Below are positions 1-8,728 of a DNA stretch of 21,924 bases, piece by piece (positions within the stretch are counted from its first letter, which is position 1; the number at the start of each line of letters is the position of its first letter). The stretch is from a virus (Duplodnaviria > Heunggongvirae > Uroviricota > Caudoviricetes): positions 1 through 21,924 of the IMG/VR virus record IMGVR_UViG_2609459833_000005; one strand, written 5' to 3'. The notes under the pieces are model-generated. The model ran no database searches, was not told the DNA's origin, and was given only the letters and a program-made list of their open reading frames with translations. A program made the position numbers and the translations under genes.

Positions 1-402
1 ACCGACGTAGCCCCACTGTTCGTCCATTTCAGCGCAGACAATCACATCACTGCCCGGTTGTATGCGCGAGGTTACCGACTGCGGCCTGAGTTTTTTAAGT
101 GACGTAAAACCGTGTTGAGGCCAACGCCCATAATGCGTGCACTGGCGCGACATCCGACGCCATTCATGGCCATATCAATGATTTTCTGGTGCGTACCGGG
201 CTGAGAGGCGGTGTAAGTGAACTGTAGTTGCCATGTTTTACGGCAATGAGAGCAGAGATAGCGCTGATGTCCGGCAGTGCTTTTGCCGTTACGCACCACG
301 CCTTCAGTAGCGGAGCAGGAAGGACATCTGATGGAAATGGAAGCCACGCAAGCACCTTAAAATCACCATCATACACTAAATCAGTAAGTTGGCAGCATTA
401 CC
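1..402 (-). mobile_element. IS1-family insertion sequence, partial (terminal inverted repeat plus insA; the rest, including most of insB, lies beyond the window start)
   Basis: Reverse complement of 1-402 matches the remembered canonical IS1 left end: terminal repeat ggtaatgctgccaacttactgat at 380-402 (rc), followed by insA. Roughly 90% identity by eye, so an IS1 variant. Confidence 0.85.
72..347 (-). CDS. insA: IS1 InsA transposition regulator
   Basis: 91-aa ORF with GTG start; sequence [40 protein letters not shown] is near-identical to remembered InsA (Cys-rich zinc finger plus HTH). Confidence 0.9.
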   Translation of the reverse strand: MASISIRCPSCSATEGVVRNGKSTAGHQRYLCSHCRKTWQLQFTYTASQPGTHQKIIDMAMNGVGCRASARIMGVGLNTVLRHLKNSGRSR

Positions 403-767
403 AACCCCCATTTAAAAAAATTAACCCACGGGTTATTTATCTCAGCCTTTTCAGGATGCCCGGGAGAATAATAAACATTAACTTTATCGCCTTCGCTGTC
501 TTCATAAAAATCGCTGCCGATACTCGAATTGAAAATTAGCGTGTAATCTGGCGTCGGTCGAAAGGCAACGACGGGATACCACGAACCATCTTTACCCGTG
601 CGATGAGAATGACTGGAGTGCCAGACGGTATCAACAATGACGCCTTCGGTATGAATCGCGTCTTTGCTATAGGTGAACTGGTTATAAAAGACAACAACAG
701 AAATGAGGATCAGTACCAGACCGATACCGAGGAATATACGAAAGAAAACTTTACTGTCCTGACTCAT
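381..767 (-). pseudogene. ymfA: ymfA-like inner membrane protein, 3' end disrupted by the IS1 insertion
   Basis: [33 protein letters not shown]... (SD aagga 8 nt upstream of the ATG at 767) reads about 22 nt into the IS1 terminal repeat before stopping at 381, so the last codons are IS-derived. Conserved gene neighbour of potD. Confidence 0.6.
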
Positions 768-785
768 TAGCCACATCCTTGCTAA

Positions 786-815
786 CTAAAAAACGGGCGG
801 TAATACCACCGCCCG
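786..815 (-). terminator. Rho-independent terminator downstream of potD
   Basis: Minus strand reads gcgggcggtggtattaccgcccg followed by tttttt: a GC-rich hairpin plus U-run immediately after the potD stop. Confidence 0.7.
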
Positions 816-824
816 CTTGCTGAA

Positions 825-1871
825 TTAACGTCCTGCTTTCAGCTTCTGATAATACTCTTCATAAATGCTGCTGGCTGCGCCAACGTCATTCTGCCATTCG
901 CCATTTTTAATGGTTTCAGCATCCGGGTAGAGTGTTTTATCGTTCGCCACTTCTGGACTTAACAGCTTACGCGCCGCAAGGTTTGGCGTTGGATAACCGA
1001 TAGTTTCAGCAACCTGTTTTGCCACATCCGGGCGCAGCAGGAAGTTGATCAATTTCAGCGCGCCTTCTTTGTTTTTGGCATTTGCCGGGATCGCCAGGCT
1101 GTCCATCCAGAAAATGCCGCCTTCTTTCGGCCACACCACGTCAATTGGCGTACCCGCCTGGCGTGCAACGAAAGCAGAACCGTTCCAGATCATGCCGAGG
1201 TTAACTTCGCCTTCCATGTACGGGTTCGCCGGGTTATCGGAGTTAAAGGCTGCCACGTTTGGCATCAGTTTTTTCAGCTCGTTATATGCAGCTTCAATCT
1301 CTTTCGGATCGGTGGTGTTACCGGAGTAGCCCAGCTTACGCAGCGCCATCTGGAACACTTCACGGGCATCGTCGGTCAACAGCAGGCTGCCTTTGTACTC
1401 TGGCTTCCACAGATCGGCCCAGCTGGTGACAGATTTCGGATCCACCGCATCACCGTTAACACCAATCGCCGTCGCACCCCAGATATACGGAATGGAGTAG
1501 TCGTTATTCGGGTCAAAAGGCTTGTTGAGCATGTCTGGATCGAGATTGCTGAAGTTTGTTAACTTCGACTTGTCGATCTTCTGGATCATCCCTTCTTTAC
1601 GCATTTTATCAACGTAATAGGTTGAAGGAACCACCAGATCATAGGCACCGTCTTTGTATGTTTTCAGCTTGGCGTACATGGTTTCGTTCGACTCGTAAGT
1701 CGAATAGATAACCTTAATACCGGTTTCTTTGGTGAACTGTTCAAGCAGTCCTGGCGGCACGTACTCGGTCCAGTTGTAGAAATACAGCGTGTTGTTGTCA
1801 TCGGCGTGAGCGGCGCTCATGCCCAGTGCCAGAGCCCCCGCCGCGAGCAGGTGGCGTGACCATTTTTTCAT
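825..1871 (-). CDS. potD: Spermidine/putrescine ABC transporter periplasmic substrate-binding protein PotD
   Basis: 348-aa ORF with signal peptide MKKWSRHLLAAGALALGMSAAHA and the recognisable PotD sequence; start overlaps the potC stop. Confidence 0.95.
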   Translation of the reverse strand: MKKWSRHLLAAGALALGMSAAHADDNNTLYFYNWTEYVPPGLLEQFTKETGIKVIYSTYESNETMYAKLKTYKDGAYDLVVPSTYYVDKMRKEGMIQKIDKSKLTNFSNLDPDMLNKPFDPNNDYSIPYIWGATAIGVNGDAVDPKSVTSWADLWKPEYKGSLLLTDDAREVFQMALRKLGYSGNTTDPKEIEAAYNELKKLMPNVAAFNSDNPANPYMEGEVNLGMIWNGSAFVARQAGTPIDVVWPKEGGIFWMDSLAIPANAKNKEGALKLINFLLRPDVAKQVAETIGYPTPNLAARKLLSPEVANDKTLYPDAETIKNGEWQNDVGAASSIYEEYYQKLKAGR

Positions 1872-2662
1872 TTAACGTCCCCTGTGTTACCTTTCGTTTT
1901 ATCACGAGCAATAAGCTGGCTGGCAATAACCATCACCAGCGACAGCACCAGTAATATGGTTGCCAGCGCGTTAACTTCCGGCGATACGCCGACTTTGACC
2001 ATCGAATAAATTTTTAACGGCAGAATTTCATAACTTGGTCCGGTGACGAACGAAGAAACTACCACATCGTCCATCGACAGGGTAAAGCTTAACACCCAGC
2101 CCGCCGCCACCGCTGGCATTGCCAGTGGCAGAATGATTTTTCGCAGAATGGTAAATTCGCTGGCACCGAGATCTTTCGCCGCTTCCAGCATTCGCACGTC
2201 AAAACCTTTCAGGCGCGAATACACCGTCACCACCACAAATGGCAGGCAGAAGGTGATATGCGAGAACAGCAGCGACCAGAAGCCAAGCTGAATACCCAGC
2301 AGCATAAACAGCACCAGCAGCGAAATCGCCATCACGATATCTGGTGACATCATCACCACAAACAGCATTCCGCTAACGAACGGCTTACCACGAAAGCGAT
2401 AACGGTACAGCGCAACTGCCGTCAGTGAACCGATAAGCGTAGCAAACGTCGCCGAAAACACCGCCATTGTTAGTGAATGCTGCGCTGCCTGTAACAGGCT
2501 GTCGTTGTTCATCAGCAGGCTATACCATTTGGTGGTAAAACCCTGCCAGTTGATGCCAAAGCGCGAGCTGTTAAAGGAGTTCACAATCAAAATAATGATT
2601 GGGATATACAGGTACGCGTAGATAGCGGTCATAAAACCGCCGCGAAGCAGTCGACCGATCAT
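1868..2662 (-). CDS. potC: Spermidine/putrescine ABC transporter permease PotC
   Basis: 264-aa polytopic membrane protein MIGRLLRGGFMTAIYAYLYIPIIILIVNSF...; ABC permease EAA-like loop (EAAKDLGAS). Confidence 0.95.
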   Translation of the reverse strand: MIGRLLRGGFMTAIYAYLYIPIIILIVNSFNSSRFGINWQGFTTKWYSLLMNNDSLLQAAQHSLTMAVFSATFATLIGSLTAVALYRYRFRGKPFVSGMLFVVMMSPDIVMAISLLVLFMLLGIQLGFWSLLFSHITFCLPFVVVTVYSRLKGFDVRMLEAAKDLGASEFTILRKIILPLAMPAVAAGWVLSFTLSMDDVVVSSFVTGPSYEILPLKIYSMVKVGVSPEVNALATILLVLSLVMVIASQLIARDKTKGNTGDVK

Positions 2663-2828
2663 TCGAGTTCCACCTTCTTATTCATAAGGTGGAGCACTTT
2701 CAGGATTTTGAATTTATTCAATTTTTTCCTTTCTCCAAAATCTCTCCAAAACTTTTCCCCAAAACAAGGCCACGCATTTTACAACACTTTTTTCCTGAGA
2801 TGGTGACGGATATTCCATATGGTGTTTG
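2663..2828. other. Prophage left attachment region (attL) between potC start and integrase 3' end; site of potB displacement
   Basis: potB, which should lie directly upstream of potC, is missing; phage int begins here. Region holds direct repeats tctccaaaa (2732-2740, 2743-2751) and ccccaaaa (2757-2764) and an inverted repeat ccacctt...aaggtgg (2671-2693). Exact core not determinable without attR. Confidence 0.5.
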
Positions 2829-3947
2829 TCAAATAACCAACTTAACCCATTCCTGACCTCGAGTATCGTTATAGCGATCGGTGGTAGCCTGGACTTTATG
2901 TCCCAGTAATGTTTTTGTATCGACACCCTGTGCGCGGTACAACCGTTCTGACAGGGAGCGTTGTTCATGAAATGTTGGCGGTGTTTTTCCTGCTGGTGGA
3001 ATTATTCCAGCCAGATCTCGCGCTTTGGCGAAGTAATCGCTCAGGTTGTCTTTACTCATCGGTTTTGGTTGTTTCTGGTGCCTACTATGGATTAGGTATG
3101 GACTCAACATTCTGTCCCTGCATCCATCAATAACTTCTTTTAACGATACCCCAATTTCATCGCATCGTAGCGTAAGAGGTAAGGCCAGACGCATTCCGGT
3201 TTTTCCTTGGGTTATATGTAGATGTCCATTCCATACATCTGAAAAACGCATGTGGCAAATGTCATCACGGCGCTGACCAGTAACAATCGCAAGAAGCATT
3301 GCGTTACGGATAAAGTGTTTTTCTGGCGTTGCATTATAAATTTTTTGCCAGTCTTCCAGGGTGAGTCTGGATCTGGTCACTTTAGGGATCGGTTTACGGG
3401 TAGCCTCCGGAGGATTCCATCCAGGAGGAACTTCTCCCGCATGCTGTGCTTCTTTATAAATATCAACCCATAATCCGCGATTTACTCTTGCTGTGCTGAC
3501 CATGTCTTTATCCATCCACTCGTCCAGTATTAATGCAAAGTCTCTTACCTCCAGTTCTTTCAATGGGTGGTTTCCCAGGCGGGAAACCAGGTATGCAGCC
3601 ATTCGCACTTTTTCTTTGTGGGTTGTAGCTGCAATGTCTCCATTTTTCAGTCGCGAATCCTGTATTTTCAGATATCGATCAACCCATGCCTTTAATCTGA
3701 TACCCCGACGTTTTGTTGCTGATGGACTTTCATCAATTTTGCGCATGAAATATTCTGCTTCTGCTGCAGCTATTCGCTGATTGGCTGTTGCAGCGATTTT
3801 TTCTGCCTTGACTTTGTCTGTCCCAAGTCCGTGAAATTTTCCAGTCACAGGATTTTTATACTGGTAGTAAACCTTGCCAGTTCTGCGATCAAACTTTTCG
3901 TAAAGAGCTGCTACGTCAGTACTGTTTTTTCGTGGCCTCGGTGACAT
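2829..3947 (-). CDS. int: Phage integrase, tyrosine recombinase
   Basis: 372-aa ORF adjacent to att; C-terminal catalytic-type residues (…GQRRDDICHMRF…, …LLGHKVQATTDRYNDTRG…) typical of lambda-family integrases. Confidence 0.9.
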   Translation of the reverse strand: MSPRPRKNSTDVAALYEKFDRRTGKVYYQYKNPVTGKFHGLGTDKVKAEKIAATANQRIAAAEAEYFMRKIDESPSATKRRGIRLKAWVDRYLKIQDSRLKNGDIAATTHKEKVRMAAYLVSRLGNHPLKELEVRDFALILDEWMDKDMVSTARVNRGLWVDIYKEAQHAGEVPPGWNPPEATRKPIPKVTRSRLTLEDWQKIYNATPEKHFIRNAMLLAIVTGQRRDDICHMRFSDVWNGHLHITQGKTGMRLALPLTLRCDEIGVSLKEVIDGCRDRMLSPYLIHSRHQKQPKPMSKDNLSDYFAKARDLAGIIPPAGKTPPTFHEQRSLSERLYRAQGVDTKTLLGHKVQATTDRYNDTRGQEWVKLVI

Positions 3948-4194
3948 GGGTTAAAATCTCCTTCAGTGCGTCATCATCGCCAGTATGAATTTCCGGCGCA
4001 ATTCCAGCTTCACCCGGTCCAACAAAGACTGCGCGGCGATCTATTAGCCAGCGACCACGAATTTTTTGTGGTCTTGGTACGATGTATCCAAGTTTTCCGT
4101 ATTTCACCAGGGTAGTGTTTGTTATTGGGAGACTGAACCGCTTAGGTTTCCACTCGTCGAGCGTAATCAGGTACTGTTCGCTCATGACCATCAC
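3916..4194 (-). CDS. xis: Excisionase (Xis-like winged-helix protein); start ambiguous (GTG 4194, ATG 4191 or ATG 4185)
   Basis: N-terminus SEQYLITLDEWKPKRFSLP resembles lambda Xis MYLTLQEWNARQRRPRSLETV; lies directly upstream of and overlapping int. Confidence 0.6.
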   Translation of the reverse strand: MMVMSEQYLITLDEWKPKRFSLPITNTTLVKYGKLGYIVPRPQKIRGRWLIDRRAVFVGPGEAGIAPEIHTGDDDALKEILTHVTEATKKQY

Positions 4195-4246
4195 TCCGGA
4201 ACGCGCCAGTTGCAGAATACCAACTACAACCGGCGACGGTTGAACA

Positions 4247-6685
4247 TTAAAAATCAGCCTGACTCGGGATCAGTTTTTGCCAGATAACTGAAACGTATTT
4301 TGCCTGGTAACGGGCGTCATCAAGTGCATTATGGCGCTCACCTTCGAATGGAATAGCCGTTCTGGCATCGAAGTCTATGGCTTTCCCCAGCTCAACGATT
4401 GTGCGTACATCGCGATCGTTGTAGTAACGCCACGGGCAGGGGATCCCCTGCCGTTCGTATGAACGGCGCAAAATCGTGTTTTCGAAGTTGGCTCCATTTC
4501 CCCAGACCTGAACAAAAAATTCACCGGAGTTTTCGTCGATAAATTCCCGCAATTGTAACAGTGCATCATCTAACGGGATTTCATCGGTCATAATGGCAGA
4601 CTGCGCTTCACGTGATTGCTTCAGCCACCTTTTAATGACGTCACGATCAATGACTCCGCCAGCAGTTTCCAGATCGATAGTCTTACTAAATTCCGGTCCC
4701 ATATCTCCGGTTTGCGGATCGAAAAATATTGCATCTATTGAGATAATCGGGGCATCAGGATTTTTGCCCATTGTTTCAAGGTCAATCATCAGATGGTGCC
4801 ACAACCTGCTGGTGGATGTGCTTTTACGATGACCGTTCACCTTAATTAAGGGATTTGCTGTCTCGCCTATTTCATTATTGTCATTGGCATGTTGATCGCC
4901 TTCGGTGCACTCCTTGTTCGGGAGTCCGGCACTTTCTATTTCCTCTGGATCTTTTTCCCGGGCTTCATCCTGGCTTTCTTCGTTGAATGTCTCCTGGTAG
5001 GTTGCGTCACCCATCACTGCGCCACAATCAGGGCAGTTACCACCACCAGTCTGATTGCATGCGGTACAAACTTTTTCCTCTTCCTGTTGCACGACTGGTT
5101 CAGGTTGTTTCGTTTCTGGCTCGTTTTGTAACGCATTTGGGCTGTTTTGTTCCGCTTTCTGGTCGTTCTGTTCCGATTCTTGCTGGTTCTGGTTTACAGA
5201 ATCGCGGGTTTCAATCCCCTTTACCCATTTCGGATCATTCGGGTCGCTAATCCCTGCAACAAATTCTCCGCGAGAGGCAGCAAGCAACTTATCGGCGTCA
5301 GGCTGGCTGATATTGGCTGCCTGCATAATTTTGTTTACTTCGTCAGCGGTAACTTTTACCTGTGACTTGTCATCCAGCGGCTGCGGGTCCTGATGATGTT
5401 CAACTGTATCCGCTGCCATTGTTTCAGCCGTTGCCTGTTCATCTGCCATTGCGCCAGATGGTTGCGGGTTATCTTCATCATTTTTTTCTTCTTCTGTTTT
5501 GCACTCAGCAGCCAGTCCGCCGTTAATTTCTTCCAGGATATCTTTTTCCGGTGTATGCCGGGCAGCCATGAGCGTTTCAGCTGTGGGATTCTCGTGATCA
5601 GTTTCTGTCAGGTTGGCATTGATATACCCCTGAAGGCGCCCCGGGTAGTGATAAAACTCAGGGTGGGCGCTTCGGATAAGTGCAAAAATAGCTGCGCGGG
5701 AATAGTCCAGGATACCAGGGGTTGCGCGAAGTGCTGCGGACCATTCCCTGAACGGACTTTCTTTTTTCAGGACGATTTCTTTTGCGCGACGATAAACGCT
5801 GCCCGGAATTTCATAAATATTAAAATCCATCGGAAGTGTGGCTGCTGCAATCTCCACATCCAGCGCATCGAAGGTGTGTACTAAATTCGGATTGCGATCG
5901 GTTTTGTTCCCGCCACCGGCATTTGCACCGGAAGCCGTACGGGTGATACGCGAAACACGATTTCCTTTCATCCACTCTTTTGTCAGCAGACCCCGATCAG
6001 TGTAATCAGCGTCCAGGTATGCCTCGAAAAAAGCAGTTATCAGTCCCAGGTCTGAATTACCGGGATTAGGGAAAACTTTGTCAGTGTCGCGTACCAGTTT
6101 GTGAAGGTCGCGAATCTCCAGCGGGTCGAGCAGCTTTGTTTTGTGAGAAATGGCCAGGGCAGTAACAGCCGGCAGTTCTTCCGCCCGTGCTATATGTAAT
6201 GCCTGAAGTTCTTCCCGTGCAACGTGCGTTACTGGTTTTTCGCTGCTGTGTTGCGCAAGCCAGCGAATGGGCAGCTCCTGACCAGAAACCGGCAGGAGCA
6301 TATTCTCCTCAATCTCCGTCATGTCTTCGCCGTTGACGTTGGTATTGTCAGTACTGGCTGGTTTCTCCTGCACGGAGGGAGAGGGCGCGATAAATACCAT
6401 TGTAATGCCATCTTCCCCGCCTTTTTCGTATCGGTTGCAGAATTCGGTATCAAACACGCCTTCAGGTGGAAGGTCATTCACAACGGGTAAATGGACGCGA
6501 ACGGGTTTTTTAAAGTCGTCTTCATCATAATCGTTGTCATCCATTGCGGTAATGCAGCGGGAGATGGCAACAGATAATTTTTTTGCTGTAGTCCAGTAAA
6601 AACCACCTTTAATTCCCAGACGTTTTCTGACTTTGTCATTTTTTGCTTCGCAATATAGCGCAAATTCTTCTTTATCAGTGCTCAT
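4247..6685 (-). CDS. Exodeoxyribonuclease VIII-like prophage protein with C-terminal DEDDh (DnaQ-like) 3'-5' exonuclease domain
   Basis: 812-aa ORF; C-terminus has MIDLETMG (Exo I D-x-E) and [10 protein letters not shown] (Exo III with His); internal zinc ribbon [16 protein letters not shown]; long acidic low-complexity linker. Position matches the early-left recombination gene of lambdoid prophages. Confidence 0.6.
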   Translation of the reverse strand: MSTDKEEFALYCEAKNDKVRKRLGIKGGFYWTTAKKLSVAISRCITAMDDNDYDEDDFKKPVRVHLPVVNDLPPEGVFDTEFCNRYEKGGEDGITMVFIAPSPSVQEKPASTDNTNVNGEDMTEIEENMLLPVSGQELPIRWLAQHSSEKPVTHVAREELQALHIARAEELPAVTALAISHKTKLLDPLEIRDLHKLVRDTDKVFPNPGNSDLGLITAFFEAYLDADYTDRGLLTKEWMKGNRVSRITRTASGANAGGGNKTDRNPNLVHTFDALDVEIAAATLPMDFNIYEIPGSVYRRAKEIVLKKESPFREWSAALRATPGILDYSRAAIFALIRSAHPEFYHYPGRLQGYINANLTETDHENPTAETLMAARHTPEKDILEEINGGLAAECKTEEEKNDEDNPQPSGAMADEQATAETMAADTVEHHQDPQPLDDKSQVKVTADEVNKIMQAANISQPDADKLLAASRGEFVAGISDPNDPKWVKGIETRDSVNQNQQESEQNDQKAEQNSPNALQNEPETKQPEPVVQQEEEKVCTACNQTGGGNCPDCGAVMGDATYQETFNEESQDEAREKDPEEIESAGLPNKECTEGDQHANDNNEIGETANPLIKVNGHRKSTSTSRLWHHLMIDLETMGKNPDAPIISIDAIFFDPQTGDMGPEFSKTIDLETAGGVIDRDVIKRWLKQSREAQSAIMTDEIPLDDALLQLREFIDENSGEFFVQVWGNGANFENTILRRSYERQGIPCPWRYYNDRDVRTIVELGKAIDFDARTAIPFEGERHNALDDARYQAKYVSVIWQKLIPSQADF

Positions 6686-6777
6686 TGATAAACCTCATTA
6701 CAGATTTAAGGGTGAACAAATCCCTGCCATTGCTGGCATTTTTAATCCGTTGGTATGGTGTTAATATGGCTGGAGGG

Positions 6778-6966
6778 TTATCCAGCCGGTGTTTCGTTAT
6801 TCAGGTACAGCGATACTTTTTTTACCGGGAGGCATTCACCAGAAATTTTTTGCTCGTCTCTTGCCTGGAGGCAGGATTCTTTACTGGCATAAATTCCGGT
6901 AATCACATTCTGTGATTCACCCGTTATAAGAAAAACCGTCATCATCAGTGCAAATGCTGAAGTCAT
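6778..6966 (-). CDS. Small hypothetical protein, positional analogue of Qin YdfD
   Basis: 62-aa ORF overlapping the dicB-like stop (ATGA overlap); hydrophobic N-terminus MTSAFALMMTVFLITG. Assignment by synteny only. Confidence 0.4.
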   Translation of the reverse strand: MTSAFALMMTVFLITGESQNVITGIYASKESCLQARDEQKISGECLPVKKVSLYLNNETPAG

Positions 6967-7151
6967 TGACGCTCTCCGAAAATACCAAGTTCAAGAAGAG
7001 CAATTCGGGAAAGTATGGAATTATCATTGAGCAGATAAGGCTCATATTTCCTCATATTAATGGCATCTTCAGTAAACTCCCGGTTACTGAGCAGAACACC
7101 AATATCAAAACAACCTTCAGACGTATTAACGTTTGGTAATAACGTTTCCAT
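6963..7151 (-). CDS. dicB: DicB-like cell division inhibitor (Kil-type)
   Basis: 62-aa ORF METLLPNVNTSEGCFDIGVLLSNREFTEDAIN... closely matches the remembered N-terminal half of E. coli DicB (MKTLLPNVNTSEGCFEIG...TEDAINKRK); same length. Confidence 0.7.
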   Translation of the reverse strand: METLLPNVNTSEGCFDIGVLLSNREFTEDAINMRKYEPYLLNDNSILSRIALLELGIFGERQ

Positions 7152-7329
7152 TATCGCGTCCTCAACAATGAATTTTGTGATGCAGTGCCTGGTGCCTCCA
7201 GGTGACGTTAACCAGTTAACAATTAACGCCGGGTTAGTTGATGCTCGTTACGCCAGTAAAAGACCGCCTTACTGCTTTAACTGTTCCGCGTGCGCATAGC
7301 CGCATTCACCGCATCACAAAATTCACTTT

Positions 7330-7385
7330 AAAAAGGGTGGCAGAGCAGTCACGGAGTAGAACTGATGCCACCAAATACTACACAT
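7330..7385 (-). ncRNA. dicF: DicF-like small RNA (ftsZ-targeting sRNA of Qin-type prophages) ending in an intrinsic terminator
   Basis: Minus strand reads uuugguggcaucaguucuacuccgugacugcucugccacccuuuuu: stem GGUGGCA/UGCCACC plus U-run, nearly identical to remembered DicF; sits about 180 nt upstream of dicB-like gene as in Qin. Ends approximate. Confidence 0.55.
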
Positions 7386-7685
7386 GGGTATTGTGGCGGG
7401 GCTGTCACTTAAGCGTATGGTCAACCTGACGACCCGGTGCATTTTCTGGAGCAATGGAGGAAGCCCCAGCCATACTTACCGCCGCGCCATTTCGCGGACT
7501 GCCACAACCGGAAGTGCACGGTCGAAGAAATTTAACGACAAGCTTTATATGCAAAGGAATCTCGCCGTGCGCTTTCGTGTTGTGTGCCTGCTTTTAACCA
7601 CGTCAGGCGAGGTGGTTTCCGTCATTCCCCAATAACAGGAAATCTGTATAATCTGGATATCCCCAACAACAGGAAGGTGTTTTAT

Positions 7686-7844
7686 ATGGTGGTTCAAAAG
7701 AATTGTTCAGGTACTGGTAAGCCTGCGGACAGGGCGGACATTCCGAATACCAGGAAACATATACCTGAGAAAAACATTCGACCAAAACCATCTCCAGCTC
7801 CTTCAGAGGAGAGGGGGAACAGCAACAATCAAACAAGCAGGTGA
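7686..7844 (+). CDS. Possible 52-aa hydrophilic Pro/Lys/Arg-rich small protein immediately upstream of the 2-TM gene
   Basis: ATG at 7686 preceded by SD aggaagg (7671-7677, 8-nt spacer); stop 7 nt before the next start. Low-complexity product, coding status uncertain. Confidence 0.3.
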   Translation: MVVQKNCSGTGKPADRADIPNTRKHIPEKNIRPKPSPAPSEERGNSNNQTSR

Positions 7845-7850
7845 TGATAT

Positions 7851-8297
7851 ATGGACCGGGATGATATTCTTGACAGGGTTTTATATGGTTATTTTCTTGA
7901 ACAACTATTCTCTGTAGCGACTGGTCGTCTCGATAAACTTTTCTCAGTGGTGAGTATTATCCTCGGTTCATCTGTCATTGGTGGATTTATTCCTGAAGTT
8001 TCTGGAGTTCTCATTGTTGTGATAGCAACCGTTCAAACGATTTACGGATTCGGACAAAAGTCAGGTAACGCAATGAGAAAATCCGCAGAATATCTGCAGC
8101 TTTATGATGATGCAGAAAAATATTCCGATTCGGAATTGAAAATGCAGTTAAAGCTCCTGGAAAAAACAGATGATAATATTTGGTCGTCGCTTAAAGATAT
8201 CGCAATCTTAAAAACCCAGATCAAAATAGGAATCTCCGTAGAACAACAAGAGAAACTGTCTGCAAAATCCAAATTGATGCGATTCCTTTGTGGTTAG
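7851..8297 (+). CDS. Hypothetical two-transmembrane-helix membrane protein (candidate superinfection-exclusion or abortive-infection moron)
   Basis: 148-aa ORF in AT-rich DNA; SD aggtga 7 nt upstream; two adjacent hydrophobic helices (LFSVVSIILGSSVIGGFIPEV, SGVLIVVIATVQTIYGFG) then a charged helical C-terminal domain. Opposite strand to all flanking early genes. Confidence 0.7.
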   Translation: MDRDDILDRVLYGYFLEQLFSVATGRLDKLFSVVSIILGSSVIGGFIPEVSGVLIVVIATVQTIYGFGQKSGNAMRKSAEYLQLYDDAEKYSDSELKMQLKLLEKTDDNIWSSLKDIAILKTQIKIGISVEQQEKLSAKSKLMRFLCG

Positions 8298-8395
8298 GAA
8301 TACCCAGATTGTTAAAGAGCATGCCGAATGCTTACCCGTGTCCGGCGAACGTATTCCACTTCGCCTGTGGAGAACTCTTTAATTACTAACCTTCA

Positions 8396-8635
8396 TCAGT
8401 CAGAGTTTCTTGCTAACCAGCGACGCGCGCCAGCTTCCGTTTTAAACGTTTTGCTTCTGGTATACGTCATCGCGGTAAACGTGCCGTCCAGGTTGGGGAA
8501 TACTCCACATACCAGAGATTCGTTGTTGCCAAGCTCGATAGTATCCATGCTGACCTCATTTCCCCTTAACGCCGGGGTAGCGGAACTAAAAACCTGCTGC
8601 GCTGTTATACAAAGTGTTCCCGCCGTCATGTTCAT
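8396..8635 (-). CDS. Hypothetical early protein, first ORF of the leftward operon
   Basis: 79-aa ORF directly downstream of the leftward operator/promoter region; basic C-terminus TRSKTFKTEAGARRWLARNSD. Overlapping plus-strand ORF 8328-8657 judged less protein-like. Confidence 0.45.
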   Translation of the reverse strand: MNMTAGTLCITAQQVFSSATPALRGNEVSMDTIELGNNESLVCGVFPNLDGTFTAMTYTRSKTFKTEAGARRWLARNSD

Positions 8636-8728
8636 ACGCCTCGGGCTGGCTACTTAACCCCTGACCACTGCCGGGTAACTCGAAGTATTGCCCTGCATTC
8701 TGTGGGGAGGGTGGGTGATGAATAAACA

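Noticed and set aside
1045-2291. Plus-strand ORFs 1045-1329 and 2043-2291
   Set aside because: Antisense to the confidently identified potD and potC; spurious.
2663-2830. Residual potB coding sequence immediately upstream of potC
   Set aside because: The ORF track shows no frame of 60 aa or more ending at the potC start; potB proper must lie beyond the prophage's other end, outside the window.
4375-6530. Multiple plus-strand and short minus-strand ORFs (for example 4593-4832, 5055-5393, 5393-5884, 6224-6490)
   Set aside because: All are embedded in the 812-aa exonuclease gene on the opposite strand or in alternative frames; Cys/Phe-rich artefacts of its acidic, low-complexity coding region.
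8328-8657. 109-aa plus-strand ORF
   Set aside because: Overlaps the more protein-like minus-strand ORF 8396-8635, which is also correctly positioned downstream of the leftward promoter; Ser/Leu/Arg-rich composition.
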